Shown one piece after another: positions 40,455 to 40,625 of a stretch of DNA of 40,625 nt. A program made the position numbers and the translations under genes. The stretch spans positions 1-40,625 of the forward strand of contig DATLVT010000603.1 in assembly GCA_035577105.1 (NCBI GenBank), written 5' to 3'. The stretch's first letter is position 1, and every line of letters begins with the position of its first letter. A model generated the notes under the pieces. It searched no databases. It had not been told where the DNA came from and saw only the letters and a list, made by a program, of their open reading frames with translations. The DNA is from Polyangia bacterium. GTDB lineage: Bacteria > Myxococcota_A > Polyangia > Fen-1088.

Positions 40455-40625
40455 GTGGCCCTGACGCCTGACCAACAGCGCCGCGCGATGGCGGCGGAGC
40501 GGCTGCTGGCCGATCCGGCCTTCACCGAGATCCTCGACCGCATCGTGGAGGACGCCGCCAGCCAGGCGCTCTATGTCGATGATCCCGCCCAACGCGAGGC
40601 GAGCCGGCAGATGGTGCTGGCGATC
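40455..40625 (+). CDS. 5' part of a hypothetical protein running off the window (GTG start, or ATG 40488)
   Basis: Open frame to the window end. High third-position GC. Confidence 0.4.
   Translation, partial: MALTPDQQRRAMAAERLLADPAFTEILDRIVEDAASQALYVDDPAQREASRQMVLAI

Larger units (their letters stand above)
1..40625. mobile_element. Podovirus-like dsDNA phage or prophage genome segment (head, fibre, ejection, replication and packaging modules)
   Basis: Contiguous phage hallmark genes: TerL, portal, capsid, S74 and collar fibres, Pol A, gp2.5-like SSB and P4-type primase. No cellular housekeeping genes. No tape-measure, sheath or tube genes. Confidence 0.85.

Overview
GC-rich window that is almost entirely one tailed dsDNA phage or prophage with podovirus-like gene content. 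No tape-measure, sheath or tube genes are visible. I found no rRNA, tRNA, CRISPR array, IS element, integrase or CI-type repressor. There are three transcription blocks. (1) 1-20914 (+) is the late structural block: scaffold-like protein, DUF5309-type major capsid protein, three different receptor-binding-type fibre proteins (a duplicated LamG-like module, an S74 chaperone-domain fibre, and a tail-collar fibre with an HxH array), then a run of Gln/Gly/Pro-rich internal-virion or ejection-type proteins. (2) 21402-28497 (-) is the leftward replication operon: excisionase-like HTH, SNF2 helicase, two zinc ribbons, Cas4-like PD-(D/E)XK nuclease, gp2.5-like SSB, family A DNA polymerase and small tail-end ORFs. 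(3) 28794-40625 (+) is the rightward block: eight small early ORFs including one XRE-type HTH, AEP primase/P4-D5 helicase, RuvC-like resolvase, a small-terminase-like protein, large terminase, portal and small ORFs. Genes are densely coupled by ATGA or TGATG stop/start overlaps. The portal lies at the right edge and the scaffold and capsid genes at the left edge, so the window looks like a permuted view of one roughly 41+ kb genome. The most unusual items are: two antisense moron-like cassettes encoding proline-rich or membrane proteins (1774-2307 and 20922-21229); a HiPIP-like four-cysteine module fused to the N-terminus of a fibre protein; an acr-aca-like promoter-proximal early operon; short direct repeats bracketing single small genes; and two structured non-coding islands (33691-33882 and 34797-35138). 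All functional calls come from motifs recognised by eye. No database search was run.
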